64,000 nucleotides of DNA from a virus. Shown in pieces: positions 63,650 through 64,000 of the stretch. How positions within the stretch are numbered: position 1 is the first letter of the stretch; each line of letters begins with the position of its first letter. The stretch spans positions 1-64,000 of IMG/VR virus record IMGVR_UViG_3300027782_006229. One strand, given 5' to 3'. Below the pieces are notes generated by a model. That model ran no database searches. It saw nothing but the letters and a program-made list of their open reading frames with translations, and was not told where the DNA came from. The translations under genes and the position numbers were made by a program.

Positions 63650-64000
63650 ATGGATTTAGAAAACGAAACTATATTTTTATCTGACGATAAATTGTTTTAT
63701 ACTTTAGAGGGAGAAGGTGAATACATTGGGCAGCCTTCTGTGTTTATGAGAATGTCGATGTGTAACTTAACTTGCAAAGGTTTTGCATCAGAAAGCTCAC
63801 CTCATGGTTGTGATTCATATGTCTCATGGTCAGTAAAAAATAAAATGTCATTCAAAGATATTTGGGAAGAATTTTTTGTTAATCAAAATTTTGCAGATAG
63901 ACTTAGGAATGGTGCAATTTTAAAATTAACTGGAGGTGAACCTCTTATTCAAGAAAAACAATTAATTAAATTTGTTGAGTACTTAGTAGAAAAACTCGGT
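63650..64000 (+). CDS. queE: 7-carboxy-7-deazaguanine synthase (radical SAM), runs off the window
   Basis: Manual translation: MDLENET...FYTLEGEG..IGQPSVFMR...CNLTC.GF.......GCDS...LTGGEPL. Confidence 0.92.
   Translation, partial: MDLENETIFLSDDKLFYTLEGEGEYIGQPSVFMRMSMCNLTCKGFASESSPHGCDSYVSWSVKNKMSFKDIWEEFFVNQNFADRLRNGAILKLTGGEPLIQEKQLIKFVEYLVEKLG

Noticed and set aside
1-64000. Stop-codon reassignment or suppressor tRNA
   Set aside because: Core genes are uninterrupted in code 11 and no CUA/UUA/UCA-anticodon tRNA was found

Overview
AT-rich segment of a large T4-like (Tevenvirinae-like/jumbo) myophage genome. In order: terminase large subunit (partial), head/neck genes, a glycosyltransferase/sulfotransferase/methyltransferase trio next to tail-fibre and baseplate-type genes, then a T4-type replication/recombination block (primase, RNase H, clamp, SSB, helicase, UvsX, PolB, gp46/47, gp55, UvsW/Y). 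Further on are a cluster of late genes with T4-like capsid-targeting N-termini, 7-deazaguanine genes (folE, queD, queE, queC plus a class II glutamine amidotransferase), phoH, and about 30 minus-strand tRNA or tRNA-like genes covering all 20 amino acids. Three things stand out. (1) Planctomycete/Verrucomicrobia-type periplasmic genes (DUF1549-DUF1553 with CxxCH, and two Tat-signal DUF1501) are inserted in the replication block behind late promoters, which suggests a PVC-superphylum host. (2) At least six structured non-tRNA units sit inside the tRNA operon, including a ~350-nt RNA and CCA-ending pseudoknot RNAs placed just upstream of both tRNA-Ser genes. (3) There is a conserved AGGAAA-N5-TATAAT promoter, and start codons lie close enough to promoters to imply widespread leaderless mRNAs. 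All family assignments come from motif recognition by eye; no database searches were run.
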